From: an uncultured Gemmatimonadales bacterium
GTDB taxonomy: Bacteria > Gemmatimonadota > Gemmatimonadetes > Gemmatimonadales > Gemmatimonadaceae
Assembly (NCBI GenBank): GCA_963793305.1
Contig: CAWBZV010000003.1
Span: 576,001-640,000 of the forward strand
DNA length: 64,000 bases
Reading direction: 5' to 3'
Part shown: one piece after another, positions 1 through 9,189 of the stretch
Layout: each line of letters begins with the position of its first letter
Numbering within the stretch: the first letter of the stretch is position 1
Program-made: the position numbers and the translations under genes
The notes under the pieces: model-generated
Database searches by the model: none
Told to the model about the DNA's origin: nothing
Seen by the model: the letters and a program-made list of their open reading frames with translations, nothing else

Positions 1-1
1 C

Positions 2-418
2 GTCCTCGTCACCGGAAGCTCCGCGGCCGCCGCGAATCGTGGACTGGTTCGCACCCTGCCGATCTCTGGGGCGCTGCTCGTGCTCGGCCTCTTCGCCGTG
101 ACTGGATCCCCGCCGTTCGGCCTCTTTTTGAGCGAGTTCACGATCCTGCGGGCCGCCGTCGCCACGGGGCAGCTCTGGGTCGCCGCCGCGGTGCTCATCC
201 TGCTGGCCATCATCTTCGTCGGCATGGCGACGATGATCCTCAACATGGCGCTCGGCAACCCTGAGTCGGCGGAGGCGCCAGTCCGTGAGAGTCCGTGGCT
301 CCTGATCGGACCGGTCGTGCTGGCCGCTATCGTCCTCATGCTCGGCGTCTACCTTCCCGGCCCACTCCAGAGTGCCCTCACCCACGCGGCCGTCTCGCTG
401 GGAGGCGCGGCGCCGTGA
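2..418 (+). CDS. hyfF: Hydrogenase-4 component F-like / proton-translocating membrane subunit (5' partial)
   Basis: Hydrophobic ORF with GSPPFGLFLSEF motif; open from the window start; stop overlaps the next start (GTGA). Confidence 0.8.
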   Translation, partial: VLVTGSSAAAANRGLVRTLPISGALLVLGLFAVTGSPPFGLFLSEFTILRAAVATGQLWVAAAVLILLAIIFVGMATMILNMALGNPESAEAPVRESPWLLIGPVVLAAIVLMLGVYLPGPLQSALTHAAVSLGGAAP

Positions 419-1926
419 GGCGATTTGAGGACCAAGAGCTCCGCAATCGCCGCGCGATCCCGCTCAACGCGGTCCCGGTGCAGCCGGTCGAGCGGTTTCG
501 GCAGATCGTACTCGACGCGGTGGCCGCGGACTGGCGTCTCGTCTCGTTCTTCGGCATGCCTGAGGGCGGCGAGGCGACCCAGCTCATCGCCGTGCTCGCC
601 CACGACGCGACGGGACAACTCGGCGCCGCGAGCGCGCGGGTCATCGAACGGTTCACCGCGCTCACGCCGGACTGTCCTCAAGCGCACGTCTTCGAGCGCG
701 AAATCGCCGAGCAGTGCGCGATCGTACCGGAGGGCCATCCGTGGCTCAAGCCGCTCCGGCGTCACTTACCCGACCACCGCGCCGAATGTCGCGCGGCGGT
801 GGTGCTCGACCCGGAGCGGTACGAGTTCTATCGCATCGAGGGCGAGGAGGTCCATGAAGTGGCCGTGGGGCCGGTTCACGCGGGGATCATTGAGCCGGGG
901 CATTTTCGATTTCAGGCGCACGGCGAAGAAGTGCTGTTTCTCGAGATCATGCTCGGCTATCAGCACCGAGGCGTGGAACGGTTGCTGGAGACCACGCCGC
1001 GCGAGCGCGCGGTGCTGGTCGCCGAGTCGATCGCTGGTGATACGGTGATCGGACATGCGAGCGCGTATTGCGGCGCGATGGAAGCGCTCGCCAGGAGCCG
1101 GAAGACGCCGCGGGCGCAGACGATCCGCGGCATCGCGCTCGAGCTCGAGCGACTGGCGAATCACATCGGGGACCTGGGTGCGATCGCGGGCGATGTGGCG
1201 TATCAGCCGGGTGCCGCGTTCTTCGGCCGCATGCGCGGCGAGTGCCTCAACCTGCTCATGACCATCTCCGGCAACCGCTACGGCCGTGGTCTCATCCGGC
1301 CCGGCGGCGCGGGATTCGACATCCGGCCCGACATGGGAGCCGCCGCCCAGGACAGGCTCGCGCGTCTGCGCGACGAGTTGGCGCCGGTCGCGACGCTCAT
1401 GTTCGAGACGGCGACAGTGCAGGGACGACTCGACGGCGTTGGCATCGTCCCGCGCGACCAGTGCGTCGAGCTCGGATTCGTGGGCCCGGTCGCGCGATCG
1501 TGTGAGGTCGCGCGCGACGTGCGCCACGACCACCCGTATGGGATCTTCCGCTTCGCCCATATCCCGGTCGCGACGGCGTGGGCCGGCAACGTCCAGGCGC
1601 GCGTGCTCGTGCGGTGGCTCGAAGTGGAGCGTTCCCTGGCGTTCGTGCTCGAACAGCTGAACGAGATGCCGCGCGGCGATCCGCGCGTCGAGTGCGGCGA
1701 GCTTCGGCCCGACGAGCTCGCGGTTGCCCTGGAGGAAGGGTGGCGCGGCGAGATCGTGCATGTCGTCATCACCGACTCGCAGGGCGGCGTCCGCCGTCAC
1801 AAGGTCACCGACCCATCCTTTCACAACTGGACGGCGGTGGCACTGGCGCTCCCTGGGAATCAGATCTCGGACTTTCCGCTCTGCAACAAGAGCTTCAACC
1901 TGTCCTACGCCGGACACGACCTCTAG
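415..1926 (+). CDS. Hydrogenase-4/Ehr large subunit (NuoC+NuoD-like), lacking Ni-Fe-binding cysteines
   Basis: FEREIAE, VGPVHAGIIEPGHFRF, GYQHRG, ELERLANH, EGWRGE, DPSFHNW, DFPLCNKSFNLSYAGHDL; start taken as GTG 415 overlapping the upstream stop. Confidence 0.9.
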   Translation: MRRFEDQELRNRRAIPLNAVPVQPVERFRQIVLDAVAADWRLVSFFGMPEGGEATQLIAVLAHDATGQLGAASARVIERFTALTPDCPQAHVFEREIAEQCAIVPEGHPWLKPLRRHLPDHRAECRAAVVLDPERYEFYRIEGEEVHEVAVGPVHAGIIEPGHFRFQAHGEEVLFLEIMLGYQHRGVERLLETTPRERAVLVAESIAGDTVIGHASAYCGAMEALARSRKTPRAQTIRGIALELERLANHIGDLGAIAGDVAYQPGAAFFGRMRGECLNLLMTISGNRYGRGLIRPGGAGFDIRPDMGAAAQDRLARLRDELAPVATLMFETATVQGRLDGVGIVPRDQCVELGFVGPVARSCEVARDVRHDHPYGIFRFAHIPVATAWAGNVQARVLVRWLEVERSLAFVLEQLNEMPRGDPRVECGELRPDELAVALEEGWRGEIVHVVITDSQGGVRRHKVTDPSFHNWTAVALALPGNQISDFPLCNKSFNLSYAGHDL

Positions 1927-1929
1927 ACT

Positions 1930-2595
1930 ATGTTCGACTTTCTTCGCACGCGGCTCGCGCAAGGCACCCGAACATCGCCCTTTCCGAAGGGTGGCGCGGA
2001 TTTTCCCGAGCGGTTTCGCGGGTTACCGGTCCTCGAGGCGAACGTGCCCCGCGATGTTGGCGCGTGTCTCTTCAGCCCCGAGGAGGGCGCGTACACACGC
2101 GACTATCGAATGGCGAGCGCCACGCGCCAGGATCTCGTCGCGACGACGGGAGAGCTCCAACTGGCCGGCGCTCTCGACGAGCGCATGCGCCGGCTGTTCG
2201 GGCGGTCCTTGAGGCTCCGGTCGGTCGTCGCGGGCAGCTGTGGTGGTTGCGAGGCCGAGCTAGTGGCGCTGGGCAACGTCGTGTTCGATCTCGGACGGTT
2301 CGGTGTGCAATTCGTCGCGTCACCCCGGCACGCGGATGGTCTCGTGATCACCGGTGTGGTGAGCCGCAATATGCGCCTGGCACTCGAGAAGACCTACGAA
2401 GCGACGCCGGAGCCCCGGCTGGTGATCGCCGTCGGTGCCTGCGCGATTGCCGGTGGTCCGTTTGCGGGAAGTCCAGAGATCCAAGGTGTGCCGTTGGAGA
2501 TCCCCGTCGATCTCTACATCCCGGGATGTCCGCCCCATCCGCTCACGGTGCTCGACGGACTGCTCCGACTCCTGGATCGACTGCCGCGCGCTTGA
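1930..2595 (+). CDS. Hydrogenase-4/Ehr small subunit (NuoB/HyfI-like Fe-S protein)
   Basis: GSCGGCE, SPRHAD, VGACA and IPGCPP motifs. Confidence 0.9.
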   Translation: MFDFLRTRLAQGTRTSPFPKGGADFPERFRGLPVLEANVPRDVGACLFSPEEGAYTRDYRMASATRQDLVATTGELQLAGALDERMRRLFGRSLRLRSVVAGSCGGCEAELVALGNVVFDLGRFGVQFVASPRHADGLVITGVVSRNMRLALEKTYEATPEPRLVIAVGACAIAGGPFAGSPEIQGVPLEIPVDLYIPGCPPHPLTVLDGLLRLLDRLPRA

Positions 2596-2823
2596 TCAGG
2601 GACGCCAGGAAAGCGCGTACAGCTCTTCGTCGGAGAGGCTCCGCCAGTCAGCCGGATAGGAATGCACACGCCGCATCACCGTTCCCGACAGGAAGACGAG
2701 CGTGCGCGTCTGGTGAGCCCACGGGTGTGCGGCCGTCTCGACCTCGAACACGCGCCAGCGCGTCGTGCCGCCGAGGATCTCGCGCGACCGCGAAACCGAA
2801 TACGGCTGCGAGTGATCCTTCAT
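2596..2823 (-). CDS. Small hypothetical protein
   Basis: 75 aa; start overlaps the GAF gene stop (ATGA); plausible globular composition (WRVFEVE...LVF...YPADWRSLSDEEL). Confidence 0.6.
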   Translation of the reverse strand: MKDHSQPYSVSRSREILGGTTRWRVFEVETAAHPWAHQTRTLVFLSGTVMRRVHSYPADWRSLSDEELYALSWRP

Positions 2824-3290
2824 TGCGTGGAATCACCACGCTGACTGCGGCGTGCCGCGAGGGTCCACGCGAGCAGCGATGCGACCCGTTTGACGATCCC
2901 CGCCTCGGCCCACGTGAACCGTCGCGGGTCCGTCGCGTGCACGCTCAGGACGCCGTACTGCCAGTCGCCCGCGACGATCGGGGTGCACACGCTGCTGACG
3001 ACGCCGCAGCGCCGAAGCAAGGCGTCGTCGAGGCGACGGGTGCCTCCGACGTTGTCGAAAATGACCGTGTCGCCCGCCGCGAGTGTCATCCCGGCCTGAG
3101 TCGTGTCGCGTGCCGCGATCGGTGCGCCATCCATGACCCCGGCGGGCCAACCGAGGCCCGCCCGCATGCTCAGGATCTCGCCCGCGGCATCGAGCTCGAG
3201 AATCTTGGCCAGCGGCACGCCGAGCTCGCGTGTCAACTCATGCAAGGCCGCCTCGAGGAGCGCCTGTTCGTCCGACGTGCCGCCGCTCAT
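2820..3290 (-). CDS. Stand-alone GAF-domain protein
   Basis: LGVPLAKILEL...QAGMTL...GVVSSVCTPI...YGVLSVH...RRFT; ATG 3290 overlaps the upstream stop. Confidence 0.8.
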   Translation of the reverse strand: MSGGTSDEQALLEAALHELTRELGVPLAKILELDAAGEILSMRAGLGWPAGVMDGAPIAARDTTQAGMTLAAGDTVIFDNVGGTRRLDDALLRRCGVVSSVCTPIVAGDWQYGVLSVHATDPRRFTWAEAGIVKRVASLLAWTLAARRSQRGDSTQ

Positions 3291-3826
3291 GCGACCGGAG
3301 TTTCGTTGCGGCGCCGCCGGATGCCAATCGCTATAAGCCCGGCGGCGCGATTCACGAACCGGGTCTCCGTCGGCGTGAAATGGCGGCGCGTCATCGTGTG
3401 CACGCTGAGGACGCCGAATGGCCGTTCGGGCGCACCGATCACGGCGCTCAAGCCGCTCACCACCCCGTGGCGCCGGAGGAGCGTGGCGTCGGCGAACCGG
3501 TGGGTGCGGCCCAGGTCCTCGCAAACGACCGGTCCGCCCAGGCGCAGGGTGAGCCCGGCCTGCGACCGCGAGCCGAGCGGGACGCGCGCCCGACCGACGG
3601 TTCCGGGTTCCCACCCGACGCCGGCCACCACGAGCAGCCAGGGCGACGACGTTTCGAGCTCGAGCACTTTGCCGTAGGGCACGCCGAGCGTCACGACGAC
3701 GACGCGCACGGCGGCGTCCAAGAACTCGAGCTCGGTGCTGGCTCCCGATCCGAGCGCCTCGATGCGCTCGAGCGCCGGCTCCCAGTGTGCGTCCGTTTGG
3801 GCGGCGGCGGCCAGTTCGGTACTCAT
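3287..3826 (-). CDS. Stand-alone GAF-domain protein (paralog of 2820-3290)
   Basis: LGVPYGKVLEL...SQAGLTL...GVVSGLSAVI...FGVLSVH...RHFT. Confidence 0.8.
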   Translation of the reverse strand: MSTELAAAAQTDAHWEPALERIEALGSGASTELEFLDAAVRVVVVTLGVPYGKVLELETSSPWLLVVAGVGWEPGTVGRARVPLGSRSQAGLTLRLGGPVVCEDLGRTHRFADATLLRRHGVVSGLSAVIGAPERPFGVLSVHTMTRRHFTPTETRFVNRAAGLIAIGIRRRRNETPVA

Positions 3827-3840
3827 GCGACGCCTCTGTT

Positions 3841-3890
3841 ATTGAACGTCGAGTCAATGTATAGTGAGAGCCATTGACCGGCGAGTCAAT
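3841..3890. promoter_or_regulatory. Two ATTGA-N8-TCAAT palindromes (BetI-box-like TetR operators)
   Basis: ATTGAACGTCGAGTCAAT (3841-3858) and ATTGACCGGCGAGTCAAT (3873-3890), between the divergent GAF genes and tetR. Confidence 0.65.
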
Positions 3891-3976
3891 ATCAGGCGGC
3901 GGCCAGGTCGGCGGGCTCGTGCACAGCGTCGGGCGCGGGGTATCTTCTTGAGCCTGGGATCCAAGAGGAGTGACCT

Positions 3977-4618
3977 ATGCCGGGACGGAAGGCGCCGGAG
4001 ACAGAGCGCCGAGCGCAAATCATGCGGGCGGCGTTCGAGGTGGCGGCGCGCGACGGGTTGGAGGGACTGACGGTCCGCAAGGTGGCGACGCGTGCGCGAC
4101 TGTCGAGCGGGCTCGTGCTGTTCCATTTCAGCACGAAGGAGCAGCTTATCGTCGCCCTACTGGATTGGGTCCTGGCGACGACGACGGTGCTGCACATCAC
4201 CGAGGACATCGCGAGCATCCCGGCGCCGCTCGACCGGTTCATTGCGTTGCTACAACGCGAGATGCATCGGCTGTCGGCCGAGCCACGCCGCATGCGCGTG
4301 TTCTTCGAGTTCTGGGTCATGGGGATCCGGCATCGCGCCGTGGGCGCCCGAATGCGCACGGAGCTGCGCCGGTACCGGGAGGCATTTCGGCCGATGGCGG
4401 AAGAGGTGCTGCGAGCAGAGCCCGGCCGATTCGCGCACGTCACGCCCGCGGGGTTGGCCGCGGTCGGCGTGAGCTTCATCAAGGGATGCGCGGTCCAGTC
4501 TATGATCGACGCCGAGCACTTCGATATCGCCGATTACCTCGCGGCCGCCCAGGGATTGGTGGGGCAACTTGGCGTCGCTCGGCCGAACGCGCGTCTCCGG
4601 CGCGTCCCGGGCAAATGA
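3977..4618 (+). CDS. TetR-family regulator (BetI-type)
   Basis: N-terminal HTH RRAQIMRAAFEV...LTVRKVATRARLSSGLVLFHFSTKEQL; GAGGAG RBS. Confidence 0.9.
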   Translation: MPGRKAPETERRAQIMRAAFEVAARDGLEGLTVRKVATRARLSSGLVLFHFSTKEQLIVALLDWVLATTTVLHITEDIASIPAPLDRFIALLQREMHRLSAEPRRMRVFFEFWVMGIRHRAVGARMRTELRRYREAFRPMAEEVLRAEPGRFAHVTPAGLAAVGVSFIKGCAVQSMIDAEHFDIADYLAAAQGLVGQLGVARPNARLRRVPGK

Positions 4619-5175
4619 GCGAGGCGGTCGTCGGCGTGGTGGCGGCCTTTGTCCCGTTGGCCGCGCTGTGGTTCATGCGGCGCCGAAGGCCTGTGGACGG
4701 CACATTGGCCGAACAGGAGGCGGTCGAGGTGGCGGCCGTCGCGGCGGCCGCGCGTGTCCTGCCGCAGGGGGTCGATGTGTTCGACGTTGGTGAACCGTGG
4801 GGTCTCTACACGCTCGGCGCAGTGGTCGATGCTGTCGGCGAAGTGCCTCGCGCCATCATCGTGCGCCTCAGGCGGATGCGGGCGATCGACGCCGGCGGCG
4901 CGCAGGTGCTCGCCGACCTGCTATCGCGCTGCCGTCGTCAGCGGACACTGGTCATCCTCAGCGAGATGCCGGTAGCGGTACGGCTGGCGATTGCGCAACG
5001 GGCGGTGGGCCGCGGCGCGCTCGTGGCCGACTCGCTGGATGTTGCCATCGCGCGCGCGTGGATGTACCTCGGCGGCGCCATGCACGGCGCGGCTAGTCCC
5101 GTCGCCGGTGCCCCGCCGCACGCGGAGCCTCGAGACCCGAGCGGAATCTCGGATTGGGTGCGGCGTTCACCGTAG
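4615..5175 (+). CDS. Single-TM STAS-domain protein (resembles a SulP C-terminus)
   Basis: TM segment ending FMRR, then STAS-like IIVRLRRMRAIDAGG; ATGA overlap with tetR. Confidence 0.6.
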   Translation: MSEAVVGVVAAFVPLAALWFMRRRRPVDGTLAEQEAVEVAAVAAAARVLPQGVDVFDVGEPWGLYTLGAVVDAVGEVPRAIIVRLRRMRAIDAGGAQVLADLLSRCRRQRTLVILSEMPVAVRLAIAQRAVGRGALVADSLDVAIARAWMYLGGAMHGAASPVAGAPPHAEPRDPSGISDWVRRSP

Positions 5176-5760
5176 GCGGAGCGATCAGCGCGGCGCTGCG
5201 CGATGCGGGTCGTGGACGGATTCAGGTTCTCGACATCGCGGCGCTGCGACGCGTCGCGGCAACGGTGGAAGAGAAGCCGCGCTAGTCGGACGCCAGCCGG
5301 ACCGATTCTCTCGCTTGTCGAGCGATGGGGTGGCGTAGGAGTGCCCATCCGATGAATGGCACCCCGACCGTGCTTGGCAGGAGCCAGTAGGCGATCGGCG
5401 GGAGGTACCCGGCGACAACCCGACGTCCGCAACGTTTGCTAGACCGCTAATGCGGCCTACGACCAGAAGTACATTCCCTGCTCTCTGGTCGATTACATGA
5501 GTAGCACCGTGAACGGCATCGGACGATTTTGGGATGCCGTTTCGTACATCTGGGGCGTGATCACAAGACGCGTTGAACTCTGAACGAGCGTCTGCACGAA
5601 TCGGTTGTGTTGTAAGACCGCTGGGCGGGGCTCACGTCCTTAGTTAGTGTCGCTCGCTCTTAAGTGGTCGGTGTCGCCGACGGGCCGGTTCGTATGAAGC
5701 ATGCTGTTGGCCGTGGTTAGTGTGATTCTCGCGAGGACGGCACCACACGGTGGTATCCAT

Positions 5761-6645
5761 TTACCAAGGACGATAGGGCGTCGATGAAATCCTGACGTCA
5801 AACCCTGTCAAGCCCTTAGATCGCAATAGGCCTACCGCAGCTTGCTTCGCAAGCTCCGCGTGCGGACCTGGACCCACGATAACGTCCGCTATCTGTAGGT
5901 TATTGGCGCCGGGCGTTAGTGCGACGTACGGAATAATCCCTGTTCTGCCGTCTCGAAATAGGGGAGGAGTCACTCCCACGAGCTGGCGCCACTGGATCAA
6001 GCGCCATTCCTGTTCCTCTTTGAAGCTGTGGTGTTTGAATGATGCGGCGAGGAGCAGTACCCCGTTGAGAAATTGACTGCCATGTAGATCCCAGAGTTCG
6101 GTCGGATCTGGTTTGGCTTTTTGTTGTCGGGCCTCACGGAGAACGGAATTGACCAAGAGTTGTAGGAGTGCCATTTGCTCGGTCTCGTCATACACGCATG
6201 GTATGAACAGGCCTTCCGCCTCCCGTAAATGTGTCGACGAAAGACCCACCGCGAATCCGCCGCTCGGCGGGGCGTACGCTCGCCATTGAGACAACTGATC
6301 TTCCGCTTCGGAGAAGGCCGCTGCGAAGAATTGATACCCGTGTGCGGTAATCGATAGAGCTTTGAGGCAGGAGTTGTAGACCTGTTTCTCGGCCTCGTTC
6401 GGATTGGCGTCTCGCCAGAGGGTCAGATACTTCTCGACGAAACTGTGAGCGAGATCGAACTCCCTCGAGTCGTTCAGATATCTGATGTCCGTGGCCCAGA
6501 TCTTTCCAGTCTGCACGATACCGAGTAGCCCCTGTGGAGACGTGTAGTGGTACACCACCGGTCGCGAGGGTCGCCGGAGCTTCTCGAGTACGGCCTTGTA
6601 AGGACCATTGAGCGCCGGCGAGGAAGGATTGTTCGCCGCAGTCAT
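5761..6645 (-). CDS. DUF2971-like protein
   Basis: YHYTS, LNDSRE, FSEAEDQLSQWRAY, KHHSFKEEQEWR and IVGP motifs. Confidence 0.85.
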   Translation of the reverse strand: MTAANNPSSPALNGPYKAVLEKLRRPSRPVVYHYTSPQGLLGIVQTGKIWATDIRYLNDSREFDLAHSFVEKYLTLWRDANPNEAEKQVYNSCLKALSITAHGYQFFAAAFSEAEDQLSQWRAYAPPSGGFAVGLSSTHLREAEGLFIPCVYDETEQMALLQLLVNSVLREARQQKAKPDPTELWDLHGSQFLNGVLLLAASFKHHSFKEEQEWRLIQWRQLVGVTPPLFRDGRTGIIPYVALTPGANNLQIADVIVGPGPHAELAKQAAVGLLRSKGLTGFDVRISSTPYRPW

Positions 6646-6733
6646 GGGGGTGGGTCTTTGGATTTACGACGGAGGTTGTCGGGACAGGTTCAACGCTTAC
6701 CGGAGCTGTGCCGATTGCGACTCCACGGTCGCC

Positions 6734-7480
6734 TCAAGGGCTCGCGATTGTTGTGAGGAGCAGCTCTTGGCATTGGCCTCGCGCGAGATCGAACAGGCAC
6801 GCTCGATCAAAACGCGACGCGTACGTGGCATTGCGCACAGTGGTAGTAACGTGAGTCCAGGTAGATGGATTTGTATCCGAGTGGATGAGAAGGAGCCATA
6901 GGCAAGCATACGTCTCTCGGTATTCCTTGGCTCTCTCGCTTTTCCTTTCTATGCGACGTTGAATCTCGTCTTTTGTGAGTGGTGGCACCTCGTGCATGTC
7001 GCCATCTCGCCAGTCGCCTCCGCTGAGTTCAGATGCCCATGCGACACTCACACGCAGGATAGGCCAGTCATCCTCGGGGGCCATCTCGAAGTCGACGGCT
7101 GAATCGGATTGGGGCATATGCTGCGACACGAAGTCGCATAGACCGGCTGCCAGCCGATGCCGGTCTCGTGGCAAGCTGTCGGGTTTCCAGCTAACCCATA
7201 CGTGCAGAGGGGGCCGTCCAGTTTGCAGCCATAAGGCTCGTGCGCGCAGAAGAACTTGATTCCTGAGCGAATCGGCCTCTCGGCGGACCTGACCGGAATC
7301 GCCTCCCGGGTTCAAGTCAGTGAGCTCGATTCCGTGCAGCGACCCATCTGCACCTACGACCACAATATCTGGCTCAGGTGGGTTCGGTTGCCGGATGTCG
7401 CCAAGAGGTGCGCCACGAAATGCGCACTGAAATCGGCGAAATTGCTGCAACTCACGATCTTGCTTCGTGTGTTCCGCCAT
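6734..7480 (-). CDS. Hypothetical protein, possible PD-(D/E)xK nuclease fold
   Basis: PEPDIVV...GIELT spacing; 248 aa; atypical codon usage. Confidence 0.55.
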   Translation of the reverse strand: MAEHTKQDRELQQFRRFQCAFRGAPLGDIRQPNPPEPDIVVVGADGSLHGIELTDLNPGGDSGQVRREADSLRNQVLLRARALWLQTGRPPLHVWVSWKPDSLPRDRHRLAAGLCDFVSQHMPQSDSAVDFEMAPEDDWPILRVSVAWASELSGGDWRDGDMHEVPPLTKDEIQRRIERKSERAKEYRETYACLWLLLIHSDTNPSTWTHVTTTVRNATYASRFDRACLFDLARGQCQELLLTTIASP

Positions 7481-7973
7481 GATTCACGCCAGCAGGGCGG
7501 GCAGTTTGGAGACAATTAAAGGTAGCACCGGTCGAGCAGCACAACCGACGGTTTCGCGAAGAAAAATACTACTTACGTGGGGGCACAGTTGCGCGGCACG
7601 TCGACAAAACGCCGATCCGGAACGCCGGTCGCTCGTTTGGTGGGGATCGACACTAGTTATGAGTAGTGTAGTCGTCGAACTATACCCGGTGGACGCGGTG
7701 TCGCCGCGAACGATAGGAGGGCATTGTATGTCGATAGAAATAACTGTTTTGTCGGGCAGCCTTGGGCTGTTACCGATTGCAGCACCAGTGAACGGCAGCT
7801 ACTCAGGCTCGTTAGGCCGATAAACTGAAAGCAAAGGGGGCGCTAACACAGGCCCCTTTTGTGATTTCCAAGGGCTGGCGTCGAGGGGCGGGCGCGATCG
7901 AGTATTCTTCGTGTGGGCACCTCAACTCTAAAGAATACGTGCAACGGGGTTCCCGAGTCGCATGGCCCGCCAC

Positions 7974-8651
7974 ATGAGCGCTGACAAGGTTCGGGCCGAA
8001 CACATCGCCGCTTTTGGCGACGAGCTCGGGGCCATCTATCATGCGCTGCACAACGACGTAGTCTGGCTGCATATCTGCTGGCAGCAATACCGCCTCTTGT
8101 ACGGCACGAAACCCGAGCGCATTGACCTGCTGAACTCGGCTGGGCCAATGTTCTTTCGGATCGTGCAAGATATGCTGTTTGAGCAGACCCTCTTGGATAT
8201 CAGTCGGCTGACTGAAAGGTCCAAGATGGGGAAGCATGCACATCTGACCCTCCAGCGTCTCGTGGAGTCTCTACCAGCGGGCAACTTGCAACCTGCTGCT
8301 ATGGAGACCTTAACCGAGGCGATCAATGCGGCGGCCTTTGCACGCGAATGGCGCAATCGGCGAATCGCCCATCGTGAACTCGATCTGGCGCTCGATCGCG
8401 CAGCAAGTCCACTCAGCCCCGCCAGCCGCGCCACGGTAGACGGCGCGCTGGAAGCAATAGGGGCTGTGCTGAACGTCGTCAGCCTACACTATCAGCAAAC
8501 GGAAACTGTCTTCGACGGGGTCGGTAACATGGGCGACGCGACGCAACTGCTTTTCATTCTGAGAGACGGCGTTCGAGCGCGTCGCGAAGCCATAGAACGA
8601 ATGAGCGAAGGGCGGCCGAACGATTCAGACCTCGACCACGATCCCGTGTGA
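7974..8651 (+). CDS. HEPN-domain protein, AbiU2-like
   Basis: Helical protein with RNRRIAH (RxxxxH) and upstream LLDISRLTE. Confidence 0.7.
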   Translation: MSADKVRAEHIAAFGDELGAIYHALHNDVVWLHICWQQYRLLYGTKPERIDLLNSAGPMFFRIVQDMLFEQTLLDISRLTERSKMGKHAHLTLQRLVESLPAGNLQPAAMETLTEAINAAAFAREWRNRRIAHRELDLALDRAASPLSPASRATVDGALEAIGAVLNVVSLHYQQTETVFDGVGNMGDATQLLFILRDGVRARREAIERMSEGRPNDSDLDHDPV

Positions 8652-8882
8652 CCCGGTGCCATTCTACGAATCTTGTTGAGCGTCTGCGTCACAGTCGGTG
8701 CCGATGCCGGTTGACGATGCTTCTTGCTGCTCGAGACAGGGAAGGGTGAGACGGGGCGGGTGATATGGCGGGTGGCAGGGGGGCCAACCGGGGTGGTTCG
8801 GGTGCGATCGCGGAGGGTGCCAGTTCGGGTTGAGTACGGTTCTGGACACTCAAGCTTTCTGAAGTAACTTCAGGCTTGTCTT

Positions 8883-8933
8883 GGCCAGGTTCTGAAAATC
8901 CGCGTGTCGGCGGTTCGATTCCGTCCCTGGCCA
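8883..8933 (+). pseudogene. tRNA-Phe(GAA) remnant: anticodon loop to discriminator, no D-arm; att-like scar
   Basis: CTGAAAATCCGCGTGTCGGCGGTTCGATTCCGTCCCTGGCCA (8892-8933), preceded by GGCCAGGT. Confidence 0.8.
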
Positions 8934-9189
8934 TTCCCTAACAGCATCGATCACAACGATTTCGCGAGTGGCCCACATGGGCGCTCGCGTTTGCGTGTGA
9001 CGGGTTTTGTGTCGGAAAGGCCACAAAAATCCACGTATCAGCCCATCCGCTCGACGCGCAACGCTGGTTTGATCTGCGAACGATGTCGGGTTCTGCGTTC
9101 TTGAGGCAGCCGAAACCGGCGTGTCTGCGTACCCATCGCCTCGAAGGCTGGTGTATCGAGCGCGTGTCCCACGCTGGCTCTCACTCCCT

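Noticed and set aside
1578..3677. Long alternative-frame ORFs (e.g. 1578-3677, 32642-34372, 43169-44575, 24178-25467)
   Set aside because: Arg/Ala/Pro-rich shadow ORFs overlapping well-supported genes, as expected at high GC.
3841..3890. FNR/CRP boxes
   Set aside because: Spacing is ATTGA-N8-TCAAT, not TTGAT-N4-ATCAA.
7811..7847. Integron attC-like GTTAG...CTAAC
   Set aside because: Boxes are in the wrong order, there is no extended hairpin, and no integrase or other attC sites were seen.
8883..8933. Functional intact tRNA-Phe
   Set aside because: D-arm and 5' anticodon stem are missing.
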